64,000 bases of DNA from Octopus bimaculoides (GCF_001194135.2 NC_068981.1:100540346-100604345), one strand, 5' to 3'. Shown: positions 1-12,603, counted from the stretch's first letter. The notes: a model not told the origin generated them from the sequence alone. A program made the numbers and translations.

Positions 1-2
1 AT

Positions 3-523
3 ATCATCATCATCATCATCGTTTAACGTCTACTTTCCATGCTAGCATGGGTTGGACGATTTGACTGAGGACTGGTGAACCAGATGGCTACACCAGGCTC
101 CAATCTGATTTGGCAGAATTTCTACAGCTGGATGCCCTTCCTAACGCCAACCACTCCAAGAGTGTAGTGGGTGCTTTTACATGCCACCAGCACGAAGGCC
201 AGCCAGGCGGTACTGGCAACGGCCACACTCAAAATGGTGTATTTTACGTGCCACCTACAACAGGAGCCAGTCCAGCGGCACTGGCAACAATCTCACTCGA
301 ATGTCTTTACATGTGCCACCAGCACAAGTGCCAGGAATGCGACGCTGGGCACAGGTGCCATCACGACTTCACTTTCGCTTGCCCCAACAGGTCTTCGCAA
401 GCCGAGTTTAGTGTCCAATGAAGGAGATGACATTGGCATGGGTGCCAGTCATTGAATTTAGTTCGATTTCGATTTCACTTGCCTCAACAGGTCTTCGCAA
501 GCGGAGTTTAGTGTCCAATGAAG
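3..523 (-). mobile_element. RTE LINE 3'UTR/tail copy
   Basis: (CAT)n start, then the reverse complement of 54604-54960; internal 43-bp repeat at 381-423 and 481-523. Confidence 0.88.
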
Positions 524-869
524 GGCTGGCTACACCCCTGGCAGAGGCCTTGGATATATGTGTGTGTGTGTGTGTATTTAGAAGGTTGATTGTTACGGCC
601 AGCCACACATCTATGTGTGGCTTTGTGTTTACCCCTACACAGGAGACCAATACTAGACTTAAAGACTTAAAAGTAAGTTCTGGGGTCATTTTGATGACTA
701 ACCCAGAGGTTCTCAATTGCTGTCCATATGGCCCCTCAGGATCCATATAAGATTTTAGGGGTCCATGCAACAAAATAGTTAATTTTCTAAGGGCCCCTGA
801 AAAAATTTTGCTTTAGATGTGTGTATTTGTACATATTGCAACCTAAGACCATTCAAATGGTTCTGTAGT

Positions 870-1700
870 CCCTGAAACAAGTGCTAATCAGAAGGAGCAA
901 AGTCTGGAGAACTTGCAGGATGAAGCAGTATTTCCCAACCAAGCTGTGTGAGGACAAGCATTATCGTGGTGGAAGATGACACCCTTTCTATTGACTAAGC
1001 AAGATCGCTTTCTGTTCAAAGCAGTTTTCAAATGATGAAGTTGATTACAGTAGAGATTAGCAGTAATTGTTTGATTGTTGTCTAACAGTTCATAATGGAC
1101 AATTCTTTCAATATCCTACCATACACTCAACATGATCCTCTTTGGATGAAGTCCTCCTCTTGGTTGTTGAACAGGTCTTCCTCCTCGACTGATCCACGAT
1201 CAATGGCATTTAACATTATGGTAAAGGATCCACTTCTCATCACCTATAACAAGCCTTCCTAAAAATGGTTCCTTATGGTGTTGTGAAAGCAATGACTGAC
1301 AACAAACAACATGCTGTTGCAGATTCTCTGGAGACAGTTCGTGCAGGACCCATTTTCCAACCACTGAAACCTTTCTGATACTCTTCAGTTGAAGGAGAAC
1401 AGTTGTATGGGCTACGTTAAACTATTTTGCAAGTTCTCTACAAGTAGTCGTTGGATTTTCTGTGAAAACAGCTTCCAACTGTTCAGAATCAAGTTGTTTT
1501 GAACAACCTTCTTTTGGCTTATCTTTCAAACTCAAATCTCCACTTCTGAAGTGACAAAACTATCTCCTGCAACTTCTTTCACTCACTACATCATCCCCAT
1601 AAACTCTCTGAAGATACTTTACTGCTGTGCTTGCATTAACACATTTATGAAACTCATAGAGTAAGACATATCTGATGTGAACTTTAGATGGGACGAACAT
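870..1700 (-). mobile_element. Decayed mariner transposase relic
   Basis: Minus-strand peptide fragments FRSGDLSLKDKP, LVIGDEKWI and KGVIFHHDNA with stops and frameshifts; TIRs not found. Confidence 0.8.
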
Positions 1701-2554
1701 GAGTTCGAATATAGCAGAAGATTATGGCCAATACAATCAGAATCTGAAAGAAAAATGTATAAATTACTCATTGTGACATTCTTAAAACATTGCAAGAGGC
1801 ACAATTTTAAAAAATACTATCTAAAACTGTTTTCTAAAACATCAGCCGTTACCTTTGCACCAACCTGATATATATATATTTAATGTAGTTGTGGTTATGG
1901 CTGGTCAGAAAGTTACCATTGGTTGTATGTATGTATATATATGTGTGTGTGTACATATGTATGCATGCAGGTATGTATGTATGCATTAGTTTCGATGAAC
2001 CACCAAGCAGTGGACCTCTACCAATCTAAGTGCTACAATAATTCAATGCAGTTCAATAGCTCATGCTTACTTTCAAAAGTTCGAGAAGTAAAAGTTTGAA
2101 TGGGACAATAATAGACACAGAGAAAAGTAACAATTTTCAAGTACAGCATTCATAAAATACAAAAACTTAGTTAAATGTGCTGAAGTAGTGTAATGAGTAT
2201 GTTCTTAAAATTGAGTCTTTTTGGGTCCAATGCTGAGATAAAAGAATGGAAATCAACATATATAGGTGGTGACACAGTAAATTTATGTCATGTTTAACTG
2301 AAGCAAATTTTCTATCAAGACTAACTGAAACAAGCATTGGCAATAAGCATCTCTGTCATTTTGGTGTGGCTCCATCTGCTGAAGGAGAGAGCATGAGTAC
2401 TTGGAGTTCCACTTATATAACCATGCATGAAGTGCTAGACTGACCATTAAGCAAAATAAGCATGGCATTAGGGTATAAAGTGGGATGAAGCACAGAAATG
2501 GTAAATATTTTACAGCACAAAAGAAATTACTTTAAACTTGCTAAAATAATATTC

Positions 2555-2757
2555 TTTTCTACTCTAGGCACAAGGCCCAAAATTTTGAGGGAGGGAGCCA
2601 ATCAATTAGATCAACTCCAGTACACAGCTGGTACTTAATTCCTCAACCATGAAAGGATAAGTTGACCTTGGCAGAATTTGAACTCAGAACGTAAAGACAG
2701 ACAAAATACCACTAAGCATTTCGGCCAGCATGCTAACGTTTCTGCCAGCTCACTGAT
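2555..2757 (-). mobile_element. tRNA-derived SINE family B with 17-bp TSD
   Basis: TTGCTAAAATAATATTC duplicated at 2538-2554 and 2758-2774; GTTCTGAGTTCAAATTC B-box on the minus strand. Confidence 0.88.
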
Positions 2758-3489
2758 TTGCTAAAATAATATTCAAAGTAGTTTATATGATCAGAAATAT
2801 AATTTTGATGTGTTCATATGTCATAGTGAGGATTAAAGACTTAGCAAAAAAAGTAGGAGAAAACTTTCCAAATATAAATAAAGTGGAATTATACAAAAAT
2901 AAACATTATTTTCCATCTTACTGTTAGTTTTTTTTTTTCATTTTGAAAAATAAAAATTTATTTCATGCTTTAATATTTTATATTTTGAATTACATATATA
3001 TGGGGGCAGCAAAATCTTTAAGTGTTTAGGACCTCTGTGGATCTTAATCCAGCCTTAGGTGCATGATTAAGAAGTACTGTTCTTTCAGCCATCCAGTAAA
3101 CCTGCGAGAAATGGTTCCATAAGGTTACTGCACAGACCTCTTCTAGATTACTTGGAATCAGCAACTGATAATCATGAAAGCAAAACAAAAAGTAATGAAA
3201 ACTGAATGATGTTAAAAATACCTCAAATGATGTGAATATTACTAATGTGGTTTCAAATAAAAGTAAGGCTACATTATTCCCAATATTTGCAAAATACTTT
3301 CAAGATTAGTGATGTGTGGAAGACACATATATAGTAATAATGATGAATTTATTGTATTCAGTGCTCAGGTACACTACAACTCAATAGAAAAAGTAACTAA
3401 AATTGCATGAACAGTACATGGAGTAGACACAGTAAGTGATCAGAGACTAAGTCATTAAAGTCATTAATAAAAAAAAAAACAGGAAATGG

Positions 3490-3640
3490 GGACATTGCTG
3501 GCGAATTTCAGGAAACATGGAAGTTTTGAAGAATATAGTGTCCTGACAGCTAACAACTGATGAGGATAGTTTATTCCATGCTTCAGCAATTGCAAGTGTG
3601 AAAAGATGTTTCCAAACGTCATGGATGCTGTGTTGTTTCT
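3490..3640 (-). mobile_element. CR1/L2-type LINE 3' fragment
   Basis: Minus ORF contains HLFTLAIAEAWNKLSSSVVSCQDTIFFKTSM, the typical CR1-group ORF2 C-terminus. Confidence 0.65.
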
Positions 3641-4400
3641 TAATTTTGTAAATATTTCCACAAGGGTTAAACATGAGAATTTGCAAGTAAATGGGTATAT
3701 TCAACTGACTGAACTATATTTTGTATATCTAATAACTGTAACAACCACAAATCATGTGTTAAAAGCCAAATTAAAAGAAGTTTAAATGTTTGAGACTCAG
3801 CAAACTATGTTTCATGAATATTTTGGAACATACATGTTCCATGTATAGGTGGTAACACAGTAAATTTATGTCTTCTTCAACTGAAACAAATTTTTTATCA
3901 AGAAACAAGCTGAAACAAGCATTGGCAATAACCATCTCTGTCATGAAACAGTTTCATGAATATTTTGGAACATACATGAGAAAAATAAACCATAGAAATG
4001 TGTCTATTTTGCATTGTATTAATTCTATTTGTTCATTATATAAACAATAATACACTCTGCCTATTCTGCTCTAAACACCTTGTCATATTTCTAACAGTAA
4101 TACACACTGCCTTTCTTATTGTCTATAACATAAACCTTTTTGTAACAATAAAACATTCTACTTTAGTGTTTTAATAATTTTGTAGCATTTTACTGTTTGC
4201 ATTCTTATATTTGCAGCCTATACTAATACTTATTCCAAAAATTAATACCTTCAATTATATGAAATCTTTATTAATAGTTCTGGTAAAAGATAAACATGTT
4301 AGTGATGTAGAAGTTTTTCCCTTTGATAGGAAGTACTTTTAATAAGTTTTTACATTGAAATGGGATGGATAAGTCCATTTGATTGGTCTACAGTATTTAA

Positions 4401-4613
4401 CCCTTTAGCATTCAGATTACTCTGTCAAATGTACTACTTATTTATTCACATTATTTTGAGTTAATCATGCATTATCTTGTACCTTTGAGATTTTGATGAT
4501 ATAATTTATTTGTAGAATGATATTATTGAGTGTGAGAGGCCATATATGGCTAGTTTGAACATAAAACAGATAAAACATTTGGGTTGGATATGGCCAGTTT
4601 AAATGCCAAAGGG
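4401..4613. mobile_element. piggyBac-like MITE
   Basis: TTAA on both sides; TIR CCCTTTAGCATT / AATGCCAAAGGG (1 mismatch). Confidence 0.85.
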
Positions 4614-4920
4614 TTAATACAACCTTATTTATGTTTGATATTATTGCAAAATAAACCTGCAAGAGTGTATTGTTGTTAAAAAACCTCTAAGAAACAACAT
4701 TCTCTTGGCAATTTAGAAAACTAGATGTTTATGTTTGTACAAAATATGCTTCTAAAACAATTTTAATAACAATAGAACATATTTGAGGTAACAAAACCCA
4801 GGAATGTTAAGAAAAAATGATAAGGATGATATGAAATAACTTCATCAAAATTTCACTTATAAATTTAGATCTTTTTTGCCAAATTACCTATTTCTTAACC
4901 CAGAATTCTCCTATTTCTTA

Positions 4921-5215
4921 ACCATGCCAAAGCACACCTCGCTGGTGCTGGTGCCACATAAAAAGCACCCAGGATACTCTGTAAAGTGGCTGGCATTAGG
5001 GAAGGCATCAAGCCATAAAAACCATGCCCAAACAGGTCTCACCAGTGCTGGTGCCACATACAAAGCACTCAATCTACTCTGTGAGGTAGTTGGTGTTAGG
5101 AAGGGCATCCAGCCATAAAAAACAGGCCAAAGCAGACAGTGAAGCCTGGTGCAGTCTTCTGCCTAGCCAGCTCCTGTCTAACCATCCAGTCTATGCCAGC
5201 ATTAAATGATGATGA
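4921..5215 (+). mobile_element. RTE-tail-related repeat (diverged subfamily)
   Basis: GGTGCCACATAAAAAGCAC modules, TTAGGAAGGGCATCCAGC core, GATGATGA tail. Confidence 0.75.
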
Positions 5216-5684
5216 AGTAGTATCCTCAAGTCAATCCATATTTGGCTTTCACTTCATTTTACACAAATAGGAAATTCTTGCTCATTTGCCCTTCTTTTAT
5301 CCCATTGTCATAGCACAATAACAAGCATGCCCATCGTTTACCTAAAACAGACAGTTACTGAAATGAACTTTGATTTCATTGCTTTTTAAACTCTCTCTCT
5401 TTAACAATACTCTCTTTCAGTAGAAAACTCACTGAAGTAAAACTGTTGTCCTAACATGCTAAAAGCTTTCAATCATGTTTCCTATGTCCAGCCTTGACTA
5501 GACACTTCTCATTGGCTCTCCTCTTCTAAGCAAGTATATTTACAAGCAACTTATCTAACCCATCCTATCAACTTGTGCCTAATAAGCTCAACAAACTTCC
5601 TTCTTTCTACACTAATGAACTTCATGCTATTATCACCAACTACATTTCTGCATTTGTATGCTACCTCAAAATAGCTTTCATTTA

Positions 5685-5883
5685 TGAGGAGGTACTGAAA
5701 AGTTCCTGACTTTGGCTAAAAGAAAATACAGGAGGATCAGTTAGTTATGATTTTATTGAACATATTCCCCTTTCAAATTCACATATGTATTGCAGTAGTC
5801 CTTCCGTTTTTCTAAACCCTGCAAAAGAACTTGGAAGGTTGAGCCCCCAACCTTAAAGCCAGGAACTTTTCAGCACTCCCTCA
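5685..5883. mobile_element. mariner-type MITE
   Basis: TA on both sides; 29-bp TIRs TGAGGAGGTACTGAAAAGTTCCTGACTTT with 4 mismatches. Confidence 0.85.
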
Positions 5884-6439
5884 TATATCATTTGGCATTG
5901 GGGTTAGACAACTTGAGCTCAAAATATACTAATCGTTTCAAGAGAGCAAATCCCAAATACTTATGAGCCAAACATGCACCAAAATATTCCTCAGACAGCA
6001 AACATTGCTCATAAGGACTGAAAATATTGTAGGGCCTGAAAATACTTCAGTTTTGAATTTCTTTTAATCTTCTAGAAACCCATATTACTTTATGCCAATA
6101 TTGTTTGAATTTTTGGTCAGGGGTCCCACTACACACACATACACACACTTTTACTCCATCCAAGAAAAAGCAGTCCAACTTTTAAGTAAATTACTAACAC
6201 CTCTATTAGCACATGAGTTGTGTCTTTGATTTTTCTCTTCTACCACTACTAGAGCCACATTTGATTCCACTAAGGTGTCCTGTATCAAATTGTAAAAACT
6301 GAAGAGTACATACATTCCCAATCTATCTTATCCCAAACTATATCCTTCTGAAATTTTCTTTTCACATTTTGTCTTCAACTACTTGTTGGTAACAGTTGGC
6401 TCTCATACTATATCATCACCCTGTTACTTCTGTATGAAA

Positions 6440-6651
6440 GGCAATAAGATGGCAGAAATATTAGCACACGAGGCAAAATGTTTAGTGGCATTTCATCTGT
6501 CTTTACATTCTGAGTTCAAATTCCACCGAGGTCGACTTTACCTTTCATCTTTTCAGAATCAATAAAATAAGTACCAGTTGAGTACTTGGATCGATATAAT
6601 TGACTTAACCCCTCCTCTAAAATTGCTAACCTTGTGCCAAAAATTTGAAAC
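6440..6651 (+). mobile_element. SINE family B
   Basis: TTCTGAGTTCAAATTCCACCGAGGTCGAC head; 13-bp TSD TGTT(A/G)CTTCTGTA. Confidence 0.85.
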
Positions 6652-6780
6652 TTGTTGCTTCTGTAACTTCATTTCTGACTAATGATTTGTAAAGGAAAAA
6701 AAAATTATATTTTAAGTTTTAAACATTTTCAAATCACCAAATTTCTTTTTGTTTTATTTCAGATTGGTTTTAAAAAAAAA

Positions 6781-6968
6781 ATGACATTAGATTTGGACCA
6801 TGACAAACGGCTGTCTCATGGTGCGGTCACTGGAAGTATCTCTCCCAAAACAAAAATACTACTCCAACCTTTAAATGTACCACTCAGCAAACAAGAAAGA
6901 CAATTACTTATGGAGCAACTAAACCTGCGGGAACAATTACCTTTGATGTCAAGAAAAGAAACAGCCAA
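6781..6968 (+). CDS. TTC29: TTC29-like TPR protein, coding exon 1 (MTLDLDHDKR...LPLMSRKETA)
   Basis: Acceptor TTTATTTCAG ends at 6762, ATG at 6781, donor AA|GTATTA at 6969. The phase-2 junction joins exon 2 in frame (AA|C=Asn). LSRKETAN-FWKT resembles TTC29 LSKEEVAA-YRNS (recalled family sequence). Confidence 0.85.
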
Positions 6969-8558
6969 GTATTATATTTCTGTATTTTGATATGATTTAT
7001 TTCATTAGGTTGGTGAGTTGGTTGAAAATAGGAACATTAGACTAAATATGTTACATTATTTAAATTTATCCTGGTATATTCTGATTTCCCATATTGCTTA
7101 GATCAAATTTTTGCTTTTTTAAAGATTAATTCTCTCTCTTCGGTTGTGTTGCTCTTGTGGATTCCCATGACAATGTCGCCATCCAATTCCATTATTATGA
7201 ATTTGAACTGAGAGCTTGAGTCATAGTGAATTAGCTTATTACACAACCATGGACACCACTCCTATGGATGCATTGCAGTTACTCTCATGATAGAGTTTGG
7301 GTTAGGGTTGTTGATTGTTGATTTTCTAGGATTCCTCTGCTCAGCTTCAATGTAAGAAGCACCGTTGGCTCAGTTGAGCTCTTCCACTACCTCTTCACAA
7401 TCCACCATGCTACAATTCCATGACTTTGCCATATCCCTAGCAGGGTGGCTGAATGGGTGCTATGCCTTGCCAAAGGGCAACCTGTAACTATGCAACACAC
7501 AGTCATCACTCCATGCGGTGTTTTCAAAATACCCACATACCCACAAAGATTAAATCAGTCAACTATAACTCATTCAGTTTCAAAAATTGACTTTCATGCC
7601 TAGTCAATGGAAATCAATAGGCTTTAATCCTAGCATATAGGAATTCAACACTGTGTTGTCAGTGCTAACTAAGAATACACTAGGTGTTGAAGCATCTATG
7701 ACAGATTGACTGGGAACTAACACTTAGAATATATTTGAGGTACAAGAATATTCAGCTGTAGTGACACCCATGAAATAATGTCAAAGAACTGTTTTTATAG
7801 CTTGCTAGAAATAGCCTATGGTGCCTGTTACCTTGATCAGTGTGCCCTACAAGGGATGTCCTGTGAAGACATAATATTGGGGAAGACAAAGAGGGGTAAA
7901 CAACTATTAAAATTTATCCAACACCTTGTCAAAGGGAGAAGAATTATATAGTTGCAAACTTTATTTTGTCTTCTTATTAATAAGCAGAGTGGAAAACAAA
8001 AGTTTTCATATATTTGGGCAGGTGCTATTATTTGTCAGTTTGAGAAGCATTGATCAAGGTTACAAAGTTGGTGTTAGTGGTAGTTGTCATATTATGATAG
8101 CTAGAGTAAAAAAGGAATAGAAGAAATTTAGAAAGCTGTTGCTTCTGTTTGTAAAAATCATTTATAGACCTCCATCTTTTCACAGTAAATTACAAAGAAT
8201 ACAAAATAGTTCACTTTCCATAATCATAGGCTACACACAGATCACTTACAAAATGAAACAAATACAAAAAAAAACATTTAGAAATAGTATAACTCCAATT
8301 CACACAGACCCTGTTACTACATGTTAAATCACCCTCAAATCCCGGACACATCTACAAAGCTCCAAATACTAACATAATACTATACAGGCCAAAATAGATG
8401 CAAAAAAATCACTAACAACAATGCTAACATGTGCTTATGTTGCCTATCCATTCAGACACAGTGCCTTGATAAGCGTATATCAGTGCTTCTCAATATTTTT
8501 AAATAGCACCCTTTTCTTTTGCTAACACTCTTTCAATGTCTCAACTCACCATCTATAA

Positions 8559-10408
8559 CACTGGACAACAAAGATTTTGCTACTGGGGTAAAAGCATGTA
8601 TTTTAGACTACATCAAGGATGCTGATTCTGAATCTACACTCAGAATTCTTCTAGCACGTCAAGACTTTGAGTTATATACAATGTTATAACTATATTTTCT
8701 GCTAGATATAGGCCGTATTATAAAATTTGCTAAGATGAAAGCAGTCTTAATTCAAAATTAAAGAAATAACAACAATAAAACAAATGATGAGAAAGTTCAT
8801 TATTTAGTTTAACACATGCCAAATATGTCAGTTTATTCTTGGTCACTCTCAGTCTTGTTTGCACTGCCGTCATGTTTGGTATGTGTATCTCTCACTCTCC
8901 TGTTTTAACTGTGTTCATTGTGTTAGATAATGAATAGGAGAGGCTGCATGAATCACCCAGACAACTGTTGTTATGTCTGTGGAAAATTTGCTCCATGTGA
9001 CCAGCAGAAGAACATTGCCACCAAATTAAAAACTACCTATCAATATTATTTCGGGTGTAAAAACTGCCTATAAATATTATTTCTGGTGTAAAGGGGTGAG
9101 CACTTCATATATGCTGCACCATGCAGGACTTACACAGTAGCTGAATGGAAAACAGAAGGGAATGCCTTTTGCTGTACCAATGGTATGGCTTGAGCCAACG
9201 AATCATATCTCTGGTTGTTACTTTTGCATGACTACTATTAGAGGTTTCTCAAAGTAAACCAATGCAAAAATTGTGTATGTAGATTGTAAATTGGCTCTAA
9301 AGCCAGTCCCACATAACTTCGAGAACCCTGTCCCAGTTCCCTTCTCACATGATTCACTTGAAGACCTCAACATGTCGAATGATGAACCCCCTGATTCTCC
9401 CATCGACGATTCTAAAAAAATGGCCCACACTTGTTTAATCAAGAAGATTTGAACGATTTAGTAAGCGACCTAGCATTGTCAAAGGAAAAAGGCAAAGTTT
9501 TGAGATCCAGACTACAGCAATGGAATCTCCTACAGAAAGGTACAAAAATTTCCATTTTCCATTTTCCATTCTTGCCATGAAGGCTTATCTTTTTCAAGCA
9601 AGAAAATAATGCTTGTTTCTGTACTCATGTTAATGCACTCATGCAAAAACTAGGACACGTGCATGTGGCTATCAACTGGAGATTGTTTATAGACTTGAGT
9701 AAGGTTAGCCTCAAAGCTGTGTTGTTAGGTAATGGTAATGAAAAACCTTCCATTCCTGTGGGTCAAGTTGTTGGTATGGAAAAAACTTATGAATCGATGG
9801 AACTCATTCTGAAAGGTGTTAATTACTCAGTTCATAAGTGGAATATTTGTGGTGATTTAAAGGTGATTTCCCTTCTCCTAGGACTGCAGCTGGGATATAC
9901 CAAAAATATGTGCTTCTTGTATATTTGGAACAGCCGTGATGACAGCAATCATTAGACTGTAAAAGATTGGCCTAAAAGAGATGAGCGCATAGTCAATCGG
10001 TACAATGTACAGCACATACCACTGTTAAACCCGCAAAAGATCTTCTTTTTACCCCTTCACATCAAACTTGGCCTCATGATAAACTTTGTAAAAGTGTTGA
10101 CACATGATGGTTGTGGCTTTCGGTACCTAAAAGTAAAATTTGGTGCAGAGAAAAGTGACCCAAAACTGAAAGCAGGCATTTTCATTGAACCTGAGATCAG
10201 AGAATTGATGTCTGATAGCAAATTCAGAGGTAAACTGAATCCAGTTGAGCTGACGACATAGGATTCATTCGTGTTAGTTGTACAGAACTTTCTTGGAAAT
10301 CGTATAGCTGAAAACTATGCTTATTTAATAAACAACATGCTAACAGCGTATGAAAAAATGGGATGCTGAATGTCCCTTAAAATGCACTTCTTGCATTCTC
10401 ATCTAGAG
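8559..10408 (+). mobile_element. Chapaev3-like (CMC) DNA transposon relic, 3' truncated, transposase pseudogene from ATG 8930
   Basis: TAA|CACTGGACAAC 5' end. Peptide fragments CMNHPDNCCYVCG, PFAVPMVWLEP.NH..GCYFC, WRLFIDLSKVSLKAVLL, WNICGDLKVI, LPLHIKLGLMINFVK, MSLKMHFLHSHL. Family name from recalled motifs. Confidence 0.75.
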
Positions 10409-11060
10409 ACAGGTTATAATTAACATGTATAAGTTATATATTAGAACACATATATGTACATATATCAGGACATATATGTACTATGATTAACAACAATTAA
10501 GTCAGTGTCAATGTTAATATTTAATGCAGGGTTTGCAGAAGAAAAATAAAAAGAATGTGGTGGGGGGAAAAAACTACATTAATATTGACTCGTATTTTAA
10601 TTATTTCACTGGAGGATCTAAAAAGGCTATGAGCAGAGACCCTATCTCCAGACCAATACAATGAAATAAAAAGCAAGGGAGAAAATTTTGAGCATGTTTT
10701 GGTTTTATTATAATTGCAGCAAAGGCAACAAGCTGGCAGAGTTGATAGTGCCAGAAAAAAAAGCCTTGCAGTATTTCTTCCATTTCTTTACATTCTGAGT
10801 TCAAATCCTGCCAAGACCAACTTTATTTTACATTCCTCTAGACTCAATAAATTAAGGTATTTGGGTTGATGGTATCTTACAGTGTTAGTACCAAGTTCAC
10901 TCACAAGGCTTTCAACTCAGGGATATAGTAGAAGACCCTTGCCCAAAGTGCTGTGCAGTGGTACTGAACCCATGACCACATGGTTAGGAAGCTTCTTTAC
11001 CGCTCATCAACACCTACACCTGTATTTCATTTTCTTTTTCATATTTAATTATTTTTGTAG

Positions 11061-11275
11061 CTTTTGGAAAACATCCAAGCACTTGATGTGTGTCGAGTTA
11101 CTGTCTCAAGGTTTTCATCAGTCATTTGATGAAATTTTCAATCTCATACAAAAACAGAAGAGATTAAACACTGAGAACTTAGAGACAGCTAATCAGATTT
11201 TTCTGGAAGATGAAATGGAAAAACTTGAAGTAATTAGAACTTATTTAACTGAAGCTGAAGCAGCAACAAGGAAAG
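11061..11275 (+). CDS. TTC29: TTC29-like exon 2 (FWKTSKHLMCVELLSQGFHQSFDEIF...YLTEAEAATRK)
   Basis: TTTTTGTAG acceptor at 11060, G|GTTAG donor at 11276. The peptide matches TTC29 motifs CVDMLRDGYHKSFTELF and YLTRAEDAERK. Confidence 0.93.
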
Positions 11276-11766
11276 GTTAGATATAATTATATATATATAT
11301 ATTATTATCATTCTTAAAATAGTTACATTGGATAATAATAGAATTAATAACACCTTCATAAATTAATTATATATATGTATATATATATATATATTTGTTA
11401 TTAGCAATGGAAGCAGTATTAGTTCAAAATAGCATTCTGTATATCATACATAATGGTGATATACTGTTGAAGTCCAGGAAACTGTTGTATTCATCTTAAG
11501 GAAGCAAATATCACACTTTAGCAAATGGTTATTAAGTGGACGCTTGTTATTGAGGACACTCAATGAAGCAGAAATATGTATTTTGCAGTTCAAACACTAC
11601 TGCTACTGAACACTTTTTACTTGCTACTCATATATTTCTGTGTTTTTTTAACACAATACAGATATATGAGATGCTTTCTCAAGATAAATACTGCAATTTC
11701 CAAACTTTCGATGGTATATATACATTAAGTATGATATACAGAATTTTATATACACATATATATGTA

Positions 11767-11797
<31 letters not shown>

Positions 11798-11826
11798 TTG
11801 TCTAAATATCTGTGATGAGGAATTCT

Positions 11827-11963
11827 GAGTGGTTGGCGTTAGGAAGGGCATCCAGCTGTAGAAACTCTGCCAAATCAGACTGGAGCCTGGTGTTGCCATC
11901 CAGTTTCACCAGTCCTCAGTCAAATCATCCAACCCATGCTAGCATGGAAAGCGGGCGTTAAAC

Positions 11964-11994
<31 letters not shown>
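11827..11994 (+). mobile_element. Short RTE LINE 3' tail copy
   Basis: GAGTGGTTGGCGTTAGGAAGGGCATCCAGCTG...GTTAAAC(GAT)n. Confidence 0.9.
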
Positions 11995-11996
<2 letters not shown>

Positions 11997-12501
11997 ATGC
12001 ATATATTTGAACTAATGTCCTCACCTTAGTTGTTTTAGTCACAATGTTTCAGTCATTCTACCCTCTGGCCTTCTTCAGATGCATGTTACCTTTCACTGAG
12101 GTTTGAATCAAACTCTTTATTGAAATCATGTAGTTAGATGTTTTCACTCCATTGCTCATGCCAGGGAGATTCTCATATTAGTTATTCTCATACTTGAAAT
12201 GTCACTAATTTTACTTTAACCAGAATATATAGATTTACTAATCCAGAGATTGAACTCACACCCATCAGGTAAACAACACTTAAACATTGTATACCAGTAT
12301 CATACTTGCTGGTTCACTTAAACCCTTCGCTAATGAAACAAAGGCCTTCGATAAATTATTTTTCCACCGTTCTTGACTCTGGGGCTGTCTTTATTGCTAT
12401 TTCCTTGTTAGATCCCTGCCTTTTCAGCTTTTCCTCAGAATCCCTCCTATTTTGCTGCACTGCATTATATGTTTCCCTAAGAGAAGGCCTTTCTCTTCCA
12501 G

Positions 12502-12603
12502 GTCCTGTTTTTGAATCAGTGCAGTAGGCAGTATGTCAGTCTCATAATCAAGCATGAAATCACAGGAATCTGAAGGTTGTGAGTTCGATCCACACCTGGG
12601 ACA
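12502..12603 (+). pseudogene. Degenerate elongator tRNA-Met(CAT) gene with a 21-nt intron-like insert at 37/38
   Basis: GCAGTAGGCAG...GTCAGTCTCATA|ATCAAGCATGAAATCACAGGA|ATCTGAAGG..GTGAGTTCGATC matches eukaryotic tRNA-Met-e. Anticodon CAT at 12543-12545, TTTT at 12610-12613. An 8-nt insertion near position 8, stem mismatches and CpG decay indicate a pseudogene. Confidence 0.75.

Noticed and set aside
110-773. Overlapping 76-121 aa ORFs (also 39662-40242 and 54605-54901)
   Set aside because: They are chance ORFs in the GC-richer LINE 3'UTR repeat, and the same pseudo-peptides recur in each copy.
10882-11060. N-terminal extension of the 132-aa ORF covering TTC29 exon 2
   Set aside because: The upstream part is antisense SINE sequence plus the polypyrimidine tract; the real exon starts at the 11060 acceptor.
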